This document shows, one piece after another, positions 8,932-20,171 of a DNA stretch of 64,000 nt. The stretch is from Planktothrix sp. GU0601_MAG3 (GTDB taxonomy: Bacteria; Cyanobacteriota; Cyanobacteriia; Cyanobacteriales; Microcoleaceae). Within the stretch, counting starts at the first letter, position 1. Each line of letters begins with the position of its first letter. Made by a program: the position numbers and the translations under genes. Location of the stretch: contig CP136572.1 in assembly GCA_035193785.1 (NCBI GenBank), forward strand, positions 1,024,001 through 1,088,000. Reading direction: 5' to 3'. The notes under the pieces were generated by a model. It did no database searches, was not told where the DNA came from, and saw nothing but the letters and a program-made list of their open reading frames with translations.

Positions 8932-10297
8932 CTACTTAACGCGGGTAGCTCGGTTAGCGGGATTTCGTTCGATTTCTCGGGCGGATTTGCCTCGCCAAAT
9001 TAACTTAATTGGTGTGCCTTTAAAGCCCAATTGTTTACGGAATTGACCATCAATATAACGGCGGTAATTTTCATTAAATCGTTTAGGATCATTAACAAAT
9101 AAAACCAGCGTTGGGGGTTTACTACTGACTTGGGTTCCATAGTAGATTTTTCCCTGTTTTCCTTGGCGAGTAACGGGGGGAGAATGCCAACTAATTGCTT
9201 CTTCGATTACTTCATTAATCACGGCCGTTGAGACCCGTCGTTCATGGCCTTCGGCGGCGGTATCCACTAAATTGAGAATTTTTTCTACCCGTTGACCGGT
9301 TTTAGCACTGATAAAAATTAATTCCGCCCAATCCATAAAATAGAGTTTGGCTCGGACTTCTTTTTCATAGTCTAAAATAGTATAGGTATCCTTCTCGATC
9401 GCATCCCATTTATTCACCACAATTACACAGGATCGACCCTCTTCAATAATCCGATCAGCTAATTTTTGATCTTGATCGGTGACTTGATCAATGGCATCAA
9501 TTACGAGTAACACCACATCCGCCCGATTAATAGCTTTAAAAGCTCGATTAATCCCAAAAAATTCCGCCCCATATTCCACATTTTTCTTGCGTCGAATTCC
9601 GGCGGTATCAATTAAGCGATAGGTTTTCCCATCCCGTTCAATTACCGTATCAATAGCGTCCCGGGTTGTGCCGGAAATCGGACTAACAATGGCGCGATTT
9701 TCTCCTAAAAAGGCATTTAATAAACTAGATTTGCCCACATTTGGACGACCAATAATCGCTACTTTAATTTCTTTTTCCGTTTCGATTTCATCAATCGGTG
9801 GTAAATATTTAATCAACTCATCTAATAATTCCCCGGTTCCCGATCCATGAATTCCAGAAACTGGATAGGGTTTCCCCTAGTCCCAATTCCCAAAAATCGG
9901 CGGCTTGAATCATTCCGGTGGTGGGAGATTCACATTTATTTACGGCTAATAAAATCGGTATTGATTGTTCTCGTAACCAAGTTGCGATCGCTTCATCCCC
10001 GCCCGTCAATCCCATTTGACCATCCACCACAAAAATCGCGGCGGTGGCTTCGGTTAAAGCGATCATTGCTTGTTCTCGAATCAGGGGCAAAAATTCCGTA
10101 TCATCATCAAAGACTAAACCCCCGGTATCGACGACTTGAAATTCTCGATCCTGCCAAAAAGCGGGACGATAGGTGCGATCGCGGGTAATACCGGGCTGAT
10201 CATGCACAATCGCTTCGGGATTTCCCACCAAACGATTGGCTAGAGTTGATTTTCCCACATTAGGACGGCCAATAATAGCAACAATAGGTAAAGACAT
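8932..10297 (-). CDS. der: Ribosome biogenesis GTPase Der (apparent frameshift near 9872)
   Basis: Two GTPase domains (GRPNVGKS twice, DTGG/DTAG, NKCE/NKWD) plus a KH-like C-terminus. Confidence 0.97.
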
Positions 10298-10455
10298 AAA
10301 TTTGGTAAGACGTAATTAACGGTAGGGGTATAATTGCTTTTCTCCTACATTGTGCTGGGGCTAACAGTAATTGGCAAAGGGTTAATTTTGGATTCTGACG
10401 CTTTTCGCACAGCATTTTAATTGTACATTGAAAATCTACATTAAATCAAACAGTT

Positions 10456-11706
10456 ATGGAACGTGGGATTTCACTTTTGGGATTATTTGTTTTTGTCGGA
10501 ATTTCCTATCTCTGTTCTGTGAATCGCCAAGCGGTACGTTGGCATCCGGTTTTATGGGGGATTGGATTACAGTTTATTTTAGCCGTACTCATCCTCAAAA
10601 CTCAGCCTGGTTTTGCTGTTTTTGCGTTTTTAGGAAATGCGGTCAGTCAGTTTCTTAACTTTTCTGATCAGGGGGCTAAATTTGTTTTTGGAGAAGATTT
10701 TCAAGACCATTTTATTGCTTTTAAAGTCTTACCAACAATTATTTTCTTCTCCTCTTTTATTTCTATTTTATATCACTATAGAATTTTACAAAAAGTTGTA
10801 GAAGCCGTGGCTTGGATCATGATCCGAACTTTGAAAACATCCGGTTCCGAAACCCTATCCTGTTCGGCTAATATTTTTATCGGACAAACGGAGGCTCCGT
10901 TATTAATTAAACCCTATATTTCTACCCTAACTAATTCGGAACTTCATGCGGTGATGACCGGAGGATTTGCTACCATTGCCGGAGGGGTAATGGCTGCTTA
11001 TATTTCCTTTGGTATTCCCGCCGAACATATTCTGGCGGCTTCTGTGATGTCGGCGCCTGCTGCTTTGGCAATTTCTAAACTATTCTATCCTGAAACAGAA
11101 ATCTCTCTAACCAAAGGAAAAGTTAAAATAGAGGTTAAACCCACTTCTGCTAATGGGATTGATGCGGCGGCAACTGGGGCTAGTGATGGGATGAAATTAG
11201 CCTTAAATGTGGCAGCCATGTTAATTGCTTTTTTGGGATTATTAGCTTTAATTAATGGGATTTTACAATGGTTGGGAAGTTTTTGGGGTATGCCTTCCCT
11301 ATCTTTAGAAGGAATTTTGGGCTATTTATTTGCCCCGATCGCTTGGTTAATGGGAATTCCCATGGCAGATTGTTTACAGGTGGGAAGTTTATTGGGTAAA
11401 AAAACAGTTTTAAATGAATTTATTGCCTATTTAGATTTAAAACAATTGATGGAAAATTCCCAACAAATTGCCCAAGGTAAGGTGGCAGAAAATGCAGTTT
11501 CTACAATTTCTGAACGGGCTATAATTATTTCTACCTATGCCCTCTGTGGGTTTTCTAATATTGGTTCGATTGCCATACAAATTGGGGGGATTTCTGCGAT
11601 CTCCCCCGATCGACAAGCCGATGTTGCCCGCCTAGGAATTAGGGCCATGATCGCGGGTTCCATTGCCTGTTTTATGACCGCTTGTATTGCCGGAATACTA
11701 TTGTAA
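10456..11706 (+). CDS. NupC/NupG-family concentrative nucleoside transporter
   Basis: LPTIIFFSS, NIFIGQTEAP, GGFATIAGG, NEFIAY and YALCGFSN motifs of CNT transporters. Confidence 0.93.
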   Translation: MERGISLLGLFVFVGISYLCSVNRQAVRWHPVLWGIGLQFILAVLILKTQPGFAVFAFLGNAVSQFLNFSDQGAKFVFGEDFQDHFIAFKVLPTIIFFSSFISILYHYRILQKVVEAVAWIMIRTLKTSGSETLSCSANIFIGQTEAPLLIKPYISTLTNSELHAVMTGGFATIAGGVMAAYISFGIPAEHILAASVMSAPAALAISKLFYPETEISLTKGKVKIEVKPTSANGIDAAATGASDGMKLALNVAAMLIAFLGLLALINGILQWLGSFWGMPSLSLEGILGYLFAPIAWLMGIPMADCLQVGSLLGKKTVLNEFIAYLDLKQLMENSQQIAQGKVAENAVSTISERAIIISTYALCGFSNIGSIAIQIGGISAISPDRQADVARLGIRAMIAGSIACFMTACIAGILL

Positions 11707-11850
11707 TAAAAAACGGTTTCGGTCGCCTCAAAAAATGATTGATTTTTGTAAAGCAAAACCGACAACTCGCAACACTATTTTACACTGAGACAGCCTATCC
11801 AAAACTACAATATAAATAAAACATAAAAAATACTCTGCCTGGCTAGACCT

Positions 11851-13616
11851 ATGGGTTATTTGTCAACTTTTGTCTCTCTCTATAAAATGATGGTTTGGGC
11901 GGGTCTTTGTTTCCTACCTTCCCTGGGAATTTTTGCCTTATTAATAATTGCCAACCCCAAGGTAAAATTTGTTCTATTTACTTTCCATGAAATTTCTATT
12001 ATTCTGGCTTGTTTGATATCGGCTTTAGTAGGCATTGTTGCTTATCACTGTTATCAGAAACAGGGAACTCAAACCCTAAGATATTGGTCATTTGCATTTT
12101 TGGGATTTGCAATTATTTATTCTTGGCATGGAATTCTCACTCGAAACTGCAACCTTTAGTCCAATTATCTTTCTCATTTTTGGCCCGACTTCTCGAATTA
12201 TTTTAGCGGCTTATTTATTCTGGGGTATTACCAAAATTAATGCTAATCCAGATCCGATTAACCTTCGATTTAAAGCATCTAAATGGCGGCCCCATATCGT
12301 TTTTTTTCTGATTTTAAGTATATTTTTATTGGGTTTAGTTTTTTCTCCCCTACCCATTTCTGTTTTCTATATTAAGTTATTAGAACAGATTTCTCTGGCA
12401 ATTCTGATCTGTGTTTTGCTCCGAATGCTACCTTTAATTCCCATTCGCTCATCTTTACTTTTATCTCACTTTTTCGCCCTGAGTTTCTTTATCCAAGCAT
12501 CGGTTGCTTTTCTTGTGAGTATGCCTTGGAATGCGATGTGGTGGTATGCTCATCTTTGCTCGGGCGCAGGATTTCTGATTTTGGGGTATGGTATTCTTCG
12601 ATCCTATGAGACAACGGAAACCTTTGATCAAATTTATGACTTAAAAGAATTACAAGACAAACTATTTACCAGTGAAGCAAAACGAACGGAACTAGGGCTA
12701 ATTATTGAGGAAAAAGAAAGAGCAGAACAAGGATTAAAAAATGCTTTAGAAGATTTACAGAAAACCCAGATCCAACTGGTACAAAGTGAAAAAATGTCCG
12801 CCTTGGGAGCTTTGGTTGCCGGGGTAGCCCATGAAATCAATAATCCGGTTAGTTTTATCAGTAGTAATTTAGTTCATTGTGAAATGTATCTGAATGATTT
12901 AATGAGTCATATTCAACTCTATGAACAACAAAATTTTTCCTATGGGGATGAAATTGAAAAAAATAGACAGGATATTGAATTAGACTATATTATTGATGAT
13001 TTTCCGAGATTAATTGCTTCTATGAAAGAAGGAACATCTCGCTTAATTGAAATTAGCCAAAGTTTGAGGATATTTTCCCGTTCTGACAATCAATCGAAAG
13101 TGGCATTTAATATTCATGATGGAATTGATAGCACCTTAATGATTCTGCGTCATCGTTTGAAAGCCAATGAAAAACATCCTGAAATTAAGGTGAGCAAACA
13201 ATATGGAAATCTCCCTCAAATTCTGTGTTACCCAGGACAACTGAATCAAGTTTTTATGAATTTAATCTCCAATGCTATTGATGCTTTAACTGAACCGAGT
13301 TCAGACAATAAAAATTCATCCCGCCTAAAAAAAACTCCCGAAATTTCAATCACCACTGGAACTAAATCTCAACAACACAAAGTAATAATTATGATTGAAG
13401 ATAATGGGGGAGGGATGAGTCCCGAGATCATGCACCGAGTTTTTGATCATCTATTTACCACAAAACCCGTGGGTCAAGGCACAGGTTTAGGATTATCAAT
13501 TTCTCGTCAAATTATTGAAGAAAAACATCAGGGTAAAATCTATTGTTCCTCAATACTAGGAGAGGGAACCTGTTTCACGATTGAAACTGGGGATTACCAC
13601 TGTTTTAGATATTTAG
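11851..13616 (+). CDS. Multi-TM sensor histidine kinase (apparent frameshifts near 12146 and 13585)
   Basis: Hydrophobic N-terminus; SEKMSALGALVAGVAHEINNP, NQVFMNLISNAIDA, DNGGG and GTGLGL motifs. Confidence 0.9.
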
Positions 13617-13755
13617 GGAATTAAATTAGAGGGGAAAGGGGGAAAGACCTCTATTTAGTTGCGAAACCTTTTGCGTTAGGCTATAAACTCGAACAAAGCA
13701 TTTTAATTGCTTTGTGTTTTTTGCATCTTAACGACCTACCCGGAAATTTTGAACT

Positions 13756-15909
13756 ATGGCAAGCCCTACTGTAGATAGAGAAACAAATCAATCTCAATCT
13801 CCTTCATCCTGGCATGATGTCTCCTCAAAGCCATTGCCCTTTTGGGTGCGTCGATGGGGGGCGTTTGTGGCGGAATTATCCCTGGTGGCGGTGAGTGGGT
13901 TAATTCCTTTTACCCTGGGTGCTGTCTCTAACCGCAGTCCCCAGCCTGTACCCCTGAATCCGGTGGTGCGGGTGACATCGGAAACCGTAGCCGCCACTTT
14001 GGGCATTCCTGTGCGCGATCGCAGTCCGAAAGTCGCCCCATTAACGAATCTATTGTGGTCGGGGGCGTTACTTTTGCCTCTGGTGGTGGGAGGATGGCAA
14101 TTTTATCTATTAGCCAAACGGGGCCAAACCCTGCCTAAACTCTGGTTTGGGGTTCAGGTGGTGAGTCCTAATGGTTCTAACCCTGGATGGGGACGGGCTT
14201 TCCGTCGGGAATTTATTGGCCGTTGGGGTATCCCCTTGGGCATTGCCTATGGCCTTTGGCAAGTGACGGGGGCCTATCCTAATCTCCTAATTTTAGGGGT
14301 TTTATCCAGTGCAACTTTACTGGGAGATGCTCTGGTTGCTAAACGTTTTTCGGGTCGGACTGGACATGATTTATTAGCCGGAACTTCGGTACAGGATGTT
14401 CCTAGGATCTTGGTGTTTAACCCCTTTACGAATTACGATTGGGTGAATGAAGATAATGCGGTTCATAGCCTAGTTATCAGTACGGAAACACTAAAACCGG
14501 AGTTTAATTTATGGGCATGGATGCGTCAACATCCGGGTTTAACTTTAGTTATTGTTAGTAGTGCTAGTTTAGCGGCGGTATTAGGAACTTTTGTTGGCAC
14601 GCAAATTTATATTCAAAATCAAGCTAACCGTCGGGAATTTCAACAACAGGATAATCAGGTTTTTCTGGCTCTAGTAAATAAATTATCCCCCAATACTTCG
14701 ACGGATGTAGCTCAAAAACGCGGGGCAATTTTAGCTTTAGGATCAATTAAAGATCCCCGGGCAATTCCCCTATTAGTGGACGTATTAGCTCAGGAAGAAA
14801 ACCCCATCTTAATTGATGTTACTCAACAAGCCTTAGTTAGTACCGGGCCAGAATCTTTACCCCATTTAAGACGATTAAATCAAGCCCTCACAAATGATTT
14901 GGATTCGATGAAATTTGGGGCGGAAAACCAAGAAAAACAGTTGGCGGGGCGAAGACTACAGGCGACTCAAAGGGCGATCGCAAAAATTCTGAAAGTCTAT
15001 GAGGGATTTATCCATAATGCCGATTTAAGTCGGATTGATTTAGGGCAGAACTTAACCCCCCCCGTGCAGTTTACTTTGGTTTTAGAACAAACGGATTTAT
15101 CGGGAATTAGCTTCAGAAACACTAACCTAAATCAAGCTAATTTAAAAAATAGTCGCTTCGCCAGTCCGGGGAATGATGGACGGTTAGAAACCTTTGATGA
15201 TTGGATTTCCGACTTAAGTGGGGCTGATTTAACCGAAGCCAATTTGACCGGAGCTTTCTTCAGTAATACCCTATTAAAATATACTAATTTTTTAAAGGCA
15301 AATCTGAATAAAGCCAATTTATCGAAAGCGGATTTAACCGGAGCAAATTTCAGCAACGCCCAATTATTGGGTTCCAATTTACAACAGGCTAATCTCACCG
15401 ATGCTAAATTCACCGGGGCGGAATTAGCCAGTGCTAATTTGTCTAACGCTAATTTGAGAATGGCTCGTTTTGGTGAAGCTAAAGCCCCAGGTGCAAATTT
15501 CCAAGCGGGAGATTTAAGACAAGCTAATTTTAAAAATGCTGATGTTTCTGCGGTTAATTTCTCCGGCGCAAATTTAGAAGCAGCAGACTTTACTTCCGCT
15601 AAACTTACGGGCTCAAATTTTAAAGATGCCCGATTGCAAAATGGGAATTTTAAGAATGCTAATTTAAGTTTAGTTAATTTTCAAGGAGCAAAACTAGACG
15701 AAACCAATTTTAAAGGGGCAATTTTTGTTACTGCTGAACAGAATAAACCCGATCAGTTTATTGCTAAAACCCAAGAAACTGCTCAATCTAGCCGTTTAAA
15801 AAAGGTGGATTTTAGTAACGCCATTAATTTGGATTCTAACCAAATTAAATATATCTGCTCTCAAGGAGGCATTCACCCCGACTGTCCCCCCGTCGAGGGT
15901 AAGAAATAG
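13756..15909 (+). CDS. RDD-domain membrane protein with HEAT-like segment and pentapeptide repeats (HglK-like)
   Basis: RRWGAF, GQTLPK and HDLLAGT RDD motifs; long A(D/N)LxxA pentapeptide tract. Confidence 0.85.
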   Translation: MASPTVDRETNQSQSPSSWHDVSSKPLPFWVRRWGAFVAELSLVAVSGLIPFTLGAVSNRSPQPVPLNPVVRVTSETVAATLGIPVRDRSPKVAPLTNLLWSGALLLPLVVGGWQFYLLAKRGQTLPKLWFGVQVVSPNGSNPGWGRAFRREFIGRWGIPLGIAYGLWQVTGAYPNLLILGVLSSATLLGDALVAKRFSGRTGHDLLAGTSVQDVPRILVFNPFTNYDWVNEDNAVHSLVISTETLKPEFNLWAWMRQHPGLTLVIVSSASLAAVLGTFVGTQIYIQNQANRREFQQQDNQVFLALVNKLSPNTSTDVAQKRGAILALGSIKDPRAIPLLVDVLAQEENPILIDVTQQALVSTGPESLPHLRRLNQALTNDLDSMKFGAENQEKQLAGRRLQATQRAIAKILKVYEGFIHNADLSRIDLGQNLTPPVQFTLVLEQTDLSGISFRNTNLNQANLKNSRFASPGNDGRLETFDDWISDLSGADLTEANLTGAFFSNTLLKYTNFLKANLNKANLSKADLTGANFSNAQLLGSNLQQANLTDAKFTGAELASANLSNANLRMARFGEAKAPGANFQAGDLRQANFKNADVSAVNFSGANLEAADFTSAKLTGSNFKDARLQNGNFKNANLSLVNFQGAKLDETNFKGAIFVTAEQNKPDQFIAKTQETAQSSRLKKVDFSNAINLDSNQIKYICSQGGIHPDCPPVEGKK

Positions 15910-16068
15910 GGGAGGTAGGGGGAGTAGGATGAGCAGGGGAGGCAGGGGGAGCAGGGGAAGCAGGGGGAGTAGGGGAAGCGGGGGGAGAGGAGAGTCAACA
16001 GTTAATTGTGGGGGCGGGGTTTCCCCCCCTGTAACCGTCAACAGTCAACGGTCAACAGTCAACAGTCA
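15909..16068. repeat. Compound STRR array (G-rich 9/10-mers, a hairpin and GTCAACA heptamers)
   Basis: Directly visible between the pentapeptide gene and hemE. Confidence 0.8.
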
Positions 16069-16130
16069 AACCATTCGGTGGTAAGCTAAGAATTGGCCTA
16101 AAAACTTTTTTAAACTTTAGTAACGTTAAA

Positions 16131-17196
16131 ATGACCGAATCGACCGAAATTCCCTATTTGTTACGCGCTACTCGTGGTGAAAAACTAGATCGTCCCCCCG
16201 TCTGGATGATGCGCCAGGCGGGTCGCTATATGAAAGCCTATCGTGATCTACGAGAAAAATATCCCTCCTTCCGCGACCGATCTGAAAAAACGGATATCGC
16301 CGTTGAGATTTCTCTCCAACCCTTCCGGGCTTTTCAACCCGATGGGGTGATTTTGTTTTCCGATATTTTAACCCCATTGCCTGGAATTGGGATTGATTTT
16401 GATATTATTGAAAGCAAAGGGCCGATTATTAATCCTCCGATTCGCAGTTTAGAACAAATTGAAAAACTGCATCCGATTGAAACCGGAAGAAAAACTTCCT
16501 TTTATTCGAGAAATTCTGCAAACTTTGCGTCGGGAAGTGGGAAATAAAGCCGCGGTATTAGGGTTTGTGGGTGCCCCTTGGACTTTAGCCGCCTATGCAA
16601 TTGAAGGTAAGAGTTCTAAGGATTATGCAATTATTAAAAAAATGGCATTTTCTGAGCCTTTAATTCTGCATAAATTCTTAGAAAAAATTGCTGATGCGAT
16701 CGCCGTTTATGTCCGGTATCAAATTGATTCTGGCGCCCAGGTGATTCAAATGTTTGATTCTTGGGCGGGTCAATTAAGCCCCCAAGATTATGAGGTTTTT
16801 GCCCTTCCCTATCAAAAACGAGTTGTTGATCAAGTTAAACAAACCCATCCTGATACTCCGTTAATTCTTTATATTAATGGTAGTTCGGGATTATTGGAAC
16901 GGATGGCTAAAACTGGGTTTGATTTTGTTAGTGTGGACTGGATGGTTGATATGGCTGATGCCCGTCAACGTATGGGTCAAAATATTGGGGTTCAAGGTAA
17001 TCTTGATCCCTGTCTTTTATTCGGGTCTAAAGAAAATATCCGGGATCGAATTTTAGACACTATTAGAAAAGCGGGAAATCAAGGTCATATCCTCAATTTA
17101 GGGCATGGTGTTCTCCAAAATACCCCAGAAGAAAACGTTGCCTATTTCTTTGAAACTGCCAAACAAGCGGATCAATTATTAAAGGTTAACGTTTAA
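16131..17196 (+). CDS. hemE: Uroporphyrinogen decarboxylase (apparent frameshift near 16481)
   Basis: [32 protein letters not shown] and NLGHG motifs. Confidence 0.97.
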
Positions 17197-17356
17197 TTCC
17201 GTTGTTGCGCCGTTGTTGCGCTTGCTGCGCATCTAGGGTTGGGTTTCCCCACCCCTAGAAATCCAATACTGGAAGTTTTTGGTATTATTGATTTTCTCAA
17301 AAAAACACAAAGACACGAAGATAAAAAAAAGGAGGTATTCAAGATTTATCGCGGTT

Positions 17357-17647
17357 GTAGGGGCGGGTTCGAGTCAATTTCAAATACCCACTAACAGGTT
17401 ATCCAAACCCGCCCAATATCAGGGTTAGAGTCAATTTTAAATACCCACTAATAGGTTATCCAAACCCGCCCAATATCAGGGTTCGAGTCAATTTTAAATA
17501 CCCACTAACAGGTTATCCAAACCCGCCCAATATCAGGGTTAGAGTCAATTTCAAATACCCACTAACAGGTTATCCAAACCCGCCCAATATCAGGGTTAGA
17601 GTCAATTTCAAATACCCACTAACAGGTTATCCAAAGCCGCCCCATAC
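17357..17647. repeat. Five 57-bp tandem units within REP-like ends (REPIN-like)
   Basis: GAGTCAATTTCAAATACCCACTAACAGGTTATCCAAACCCGCCCAATATCAGGGTT at 17371, 17428, 17485, 17542 and 17599; starts GTAGGGGCGGGTT and ends AAGCCGCCCCATAC. Confidence 0.92.
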
Positions 17648-17672
17648 CGGGGTAGGAGTAATTATTAATAAT

Positions 17673-18609
17673 ATGAAAAAACGAATTTTTGTCACTGGTG
17701 CTAGTGGTTGTATTGGTCATTATGTTGTTGAGAAACTAATTCAAAATAAGACTGATGAATTGTTTCTATTAGTTAGAAATCCTGATAAATTAGGATTTGA
17801 TTATAATAGGTTTCCCAATATCAATATTCTTTTGGGGGATTTAAGAGAAATTTCTCAGTTTAAAAGTCTATTGTCAACGGTTAATACAGTTATTTTAATT
17901 GCCACAGCTTGGGGAGGATATCGAGAGGTTTTAGATATTAATGTTAGGGCAAATTTAGAATTGGTTAAGTCATTAAATCCCCAATTATGTGAACAAATTT
18001 TATATTTTTCAACTGCTAGTATTTTAGATAGAAATAATAATTTATTACCCGAAGCGGGAGAAATTGGCACGGATTATATTAGAAACCAAATATGAATGTT
18101 TACAGGATTTATTAGAATTAGCTCCTGATTTACCGCCTTTAAGGATATTATTTCCGACTTTAGTTTTAGGTGGAGAACAAAATAAACCCTATTCCCATTT
18201 ATCGGGGGGGATTTCTGATGTGGTTAAATGGATGAATTTAATTCGTTGGTTTCAAGCGGATGCAAGTTTCCATTTTATCCATGCTGCCGATATTGCTCAG
18301 GTAGTATATTATTTAGTTAATCATCCTCCAAATTCCCAAGAAACCGAACAATTTGTTTTAGGAAATCCGGCAATTACCTTAAATCAAGCAATAGAAATGG
18401 CTTGTGAATATTATCATAAACGGATTTATTTTCGCTTTGATTTATCTGCGGGTTTGGCTAACTTTTTTATCTGGTTATTTAGAATCAAAATGGCAGATTG
18501 GGATCGTTTTTGCTTAGATTATCGCCATTTTAATTATCAAAATCCCATCCATCCTGGGGTTTATAATTTACCAGCCCATTGTGCAACTTTTACGGATGTT
18601 TTAAAATAA
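17673..18609 (+). CDS. NAD-dependent epimerase/dehydratase family protein (apparent frameshift near 18085)
   Basis: TGASGCIG Rossmann motif, YFSTAS and Y-x3-K; downstream of hemE. Confidence 0.88.
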
Positions 18610-18762
18610 AGATGACTAAGATTATTTAACGAGTTTTAACGTAGAGACGTGCGGTGAGCGCAGCGATGCCGTAGGCTATTGGCGCGTCTCTCTTGAGTTA
18701 ACTTATAATAGGGATAGGATGCGCTGAAGCGCAACAACGGGTTTATAAGAGGAGAACTAACT

Positions 18763-19402
18763 ATGTTAGCAAGTCAACTGGAAACTTTACTTAATCCTGA
18801 TGAAAACCTGCAAGGTTCAGAAGTTCGTTATATTACGGATAAGGTGAGTTGGGAATATTATGAAACCCTATTAACTCAATTAGGGGATAGTTTGGAGTTT
18901 CGATTAACCTATTTGGATGGAATTTTAGAAGTTATGTCACCAAGTCGCAACCATGAAAGAATTAAAACTCAGATTGGAACCCTTTTAGAAATCTATTTTT
19001 TAGAAACGGATACGGAATATTATCCCACAGGTTCGATGACATTGCGAAACCCAGAACAACGGGGGGGCACGGAAACCCGATGAAAGTTATTGTATTGGAA
19101 GTGATAAGGAAATTCCTGATTTAGCCATAGAAGTTGTAATTACCAGTGGGGGAATTAATCGTTTAGAAGTCTATCAAAGATTGGGAGTGGGTGAGGTTTG
19201 GTTTTGGCAAAATAATCGGTTTTTTATCTATCATTTTCGGGCTGAAAATCTCGAACAATTTCAGCAAACATCTGGCTATGAATTAATCAATAATAGTGAA
19301 ATTCTCCCCAATATAAATTTGACAATATTGGCAGAATATGTACAACATCCGAATCCTTTAATCGCTGCCAAATCATTCCGTCAAACCCTAAAAAACTTGT
19401 AG
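18763..19402 (+). CDS. Uma2-family PD-(D/E)XK endonuclease (apparent frameshift near 19075)
   Basis: VSWEYY, YLDGILEVMSP, EPDESY, PDLAIEV and GVGEVW motifs. Confidence 0.9.
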
Positions 19403-19443
19403 AGACGTGCCATGGCGCGTCTCTTGCCATGCAACGTCTCTAC
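19399..19443. repeat. GTAGAGACG-type REP palindrome
   Basis: GTAGAGACGTGCCATGGCGCGTCTC...CGTCTCTAC; related copies near 18641 and 35059. Confidence 0.75.
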
Positions 19444-19465
19444 GGGGATTTGATACAATTTACGG

Positions 19466-19762
19466 TTAGCTCAATTCCATGTTCAATAAAGTTTTGCCAT
19501 GAATGACAGAGGCAATGGTGACAATGTTTTCTTGGACTTGATAAATGACGCGATAGGTGTAAGCAAATTGTTCCCGGATGTTTTCGTCGCCAAATTCTTG
19601 AACAATCATTCCCGCTTCAGGAGATGTACTCAAGTTGCGCGTAACCTCAATGATTCTCTGGACAACCGCCGCCGCATAAGAAATTGAATCTCGTGCAATG
19701 TAAGCGGCAATTGCATCAATATCATCTATGGCTTGAGGCGACCAAACTATTTGATAACCCAT
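19466..19762 (-). CDS. RelE/ParE-family toxin
   Basis: IVWSPQAIDDIDAI, PEAG, IREQFAYTYRVIY and VIHG pattern; 98 aa; overlaps the upstream small gene. Confidence 0.88.
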   Translation of the reverse strand: MGYQIVWSPQAIDDIDAIAAYIARDSISYAAAVVQRIIEVTRNLSTSPEAGMIVQEFGDENIREQFAYTYRVIYQVQENIVTIASVIHGKTLLNMELS

Positions 19763-19935
19763 TTACTTAATAAACCTTCTGCTTCCTCTTGTATGAGATT
19801 CCTGGTCGTTTCGTGAATCTTGAGTCCATGACGGACTTTCTCGATTACATAGAGATGGTATTGCACATCTTCCAGTGAACAATCATCAGGTAGGTTACTC
19901 AACAAAGATTCTACTTCCTTTTTGGTTGAACTCAT
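19747..19935 (-). CDS. Putative antitoxin
   Basis: 62 aa, LPDDCSLEDVQYHLYVIEKV; overlaps and precedes the toxin. Confidence 0.75.
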   Translation of the reverse strand: MSSTKKEVESLLSNLPDDCSLEDVQYHLYVIEKVRHGLKIHETTRNLIQEEAEGLLSKWVIK

Positions 19936-20171
19936 AATCTTTTTGGTTTTTTTTTATAGTTATTATAGTTTTCAATAACCGAAGCACCCGAAACGCACTG
20001 TTGAAACCCGACTGTATCGGGGAATCAGGTCGTCAAAATAAAAGACAAATTCTACTTCCCGATGGAAAATGTCCCAGGGGAATCGAATGCTTCAGTCATT
20101 GCTTAAAATCCAGCCTATAGTTATCACAGATTGATAATATCAGATGGCTCTGTCTGGGCGTAAGCCTGCAT

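Noticed and set aside
8932..10297. Mass pseudogenisation or programmed frameshifting in der and about 30 other genes
   Set aside because: The same GAAAC/GTTTC extra-base signature occurs on either strand relative to the gene, including in essential genes, which fits a sequencing error
17357..17647. Possible CRISPR array
   Set aside because: Head-to-tail near-identical 57-bp units with no spacers
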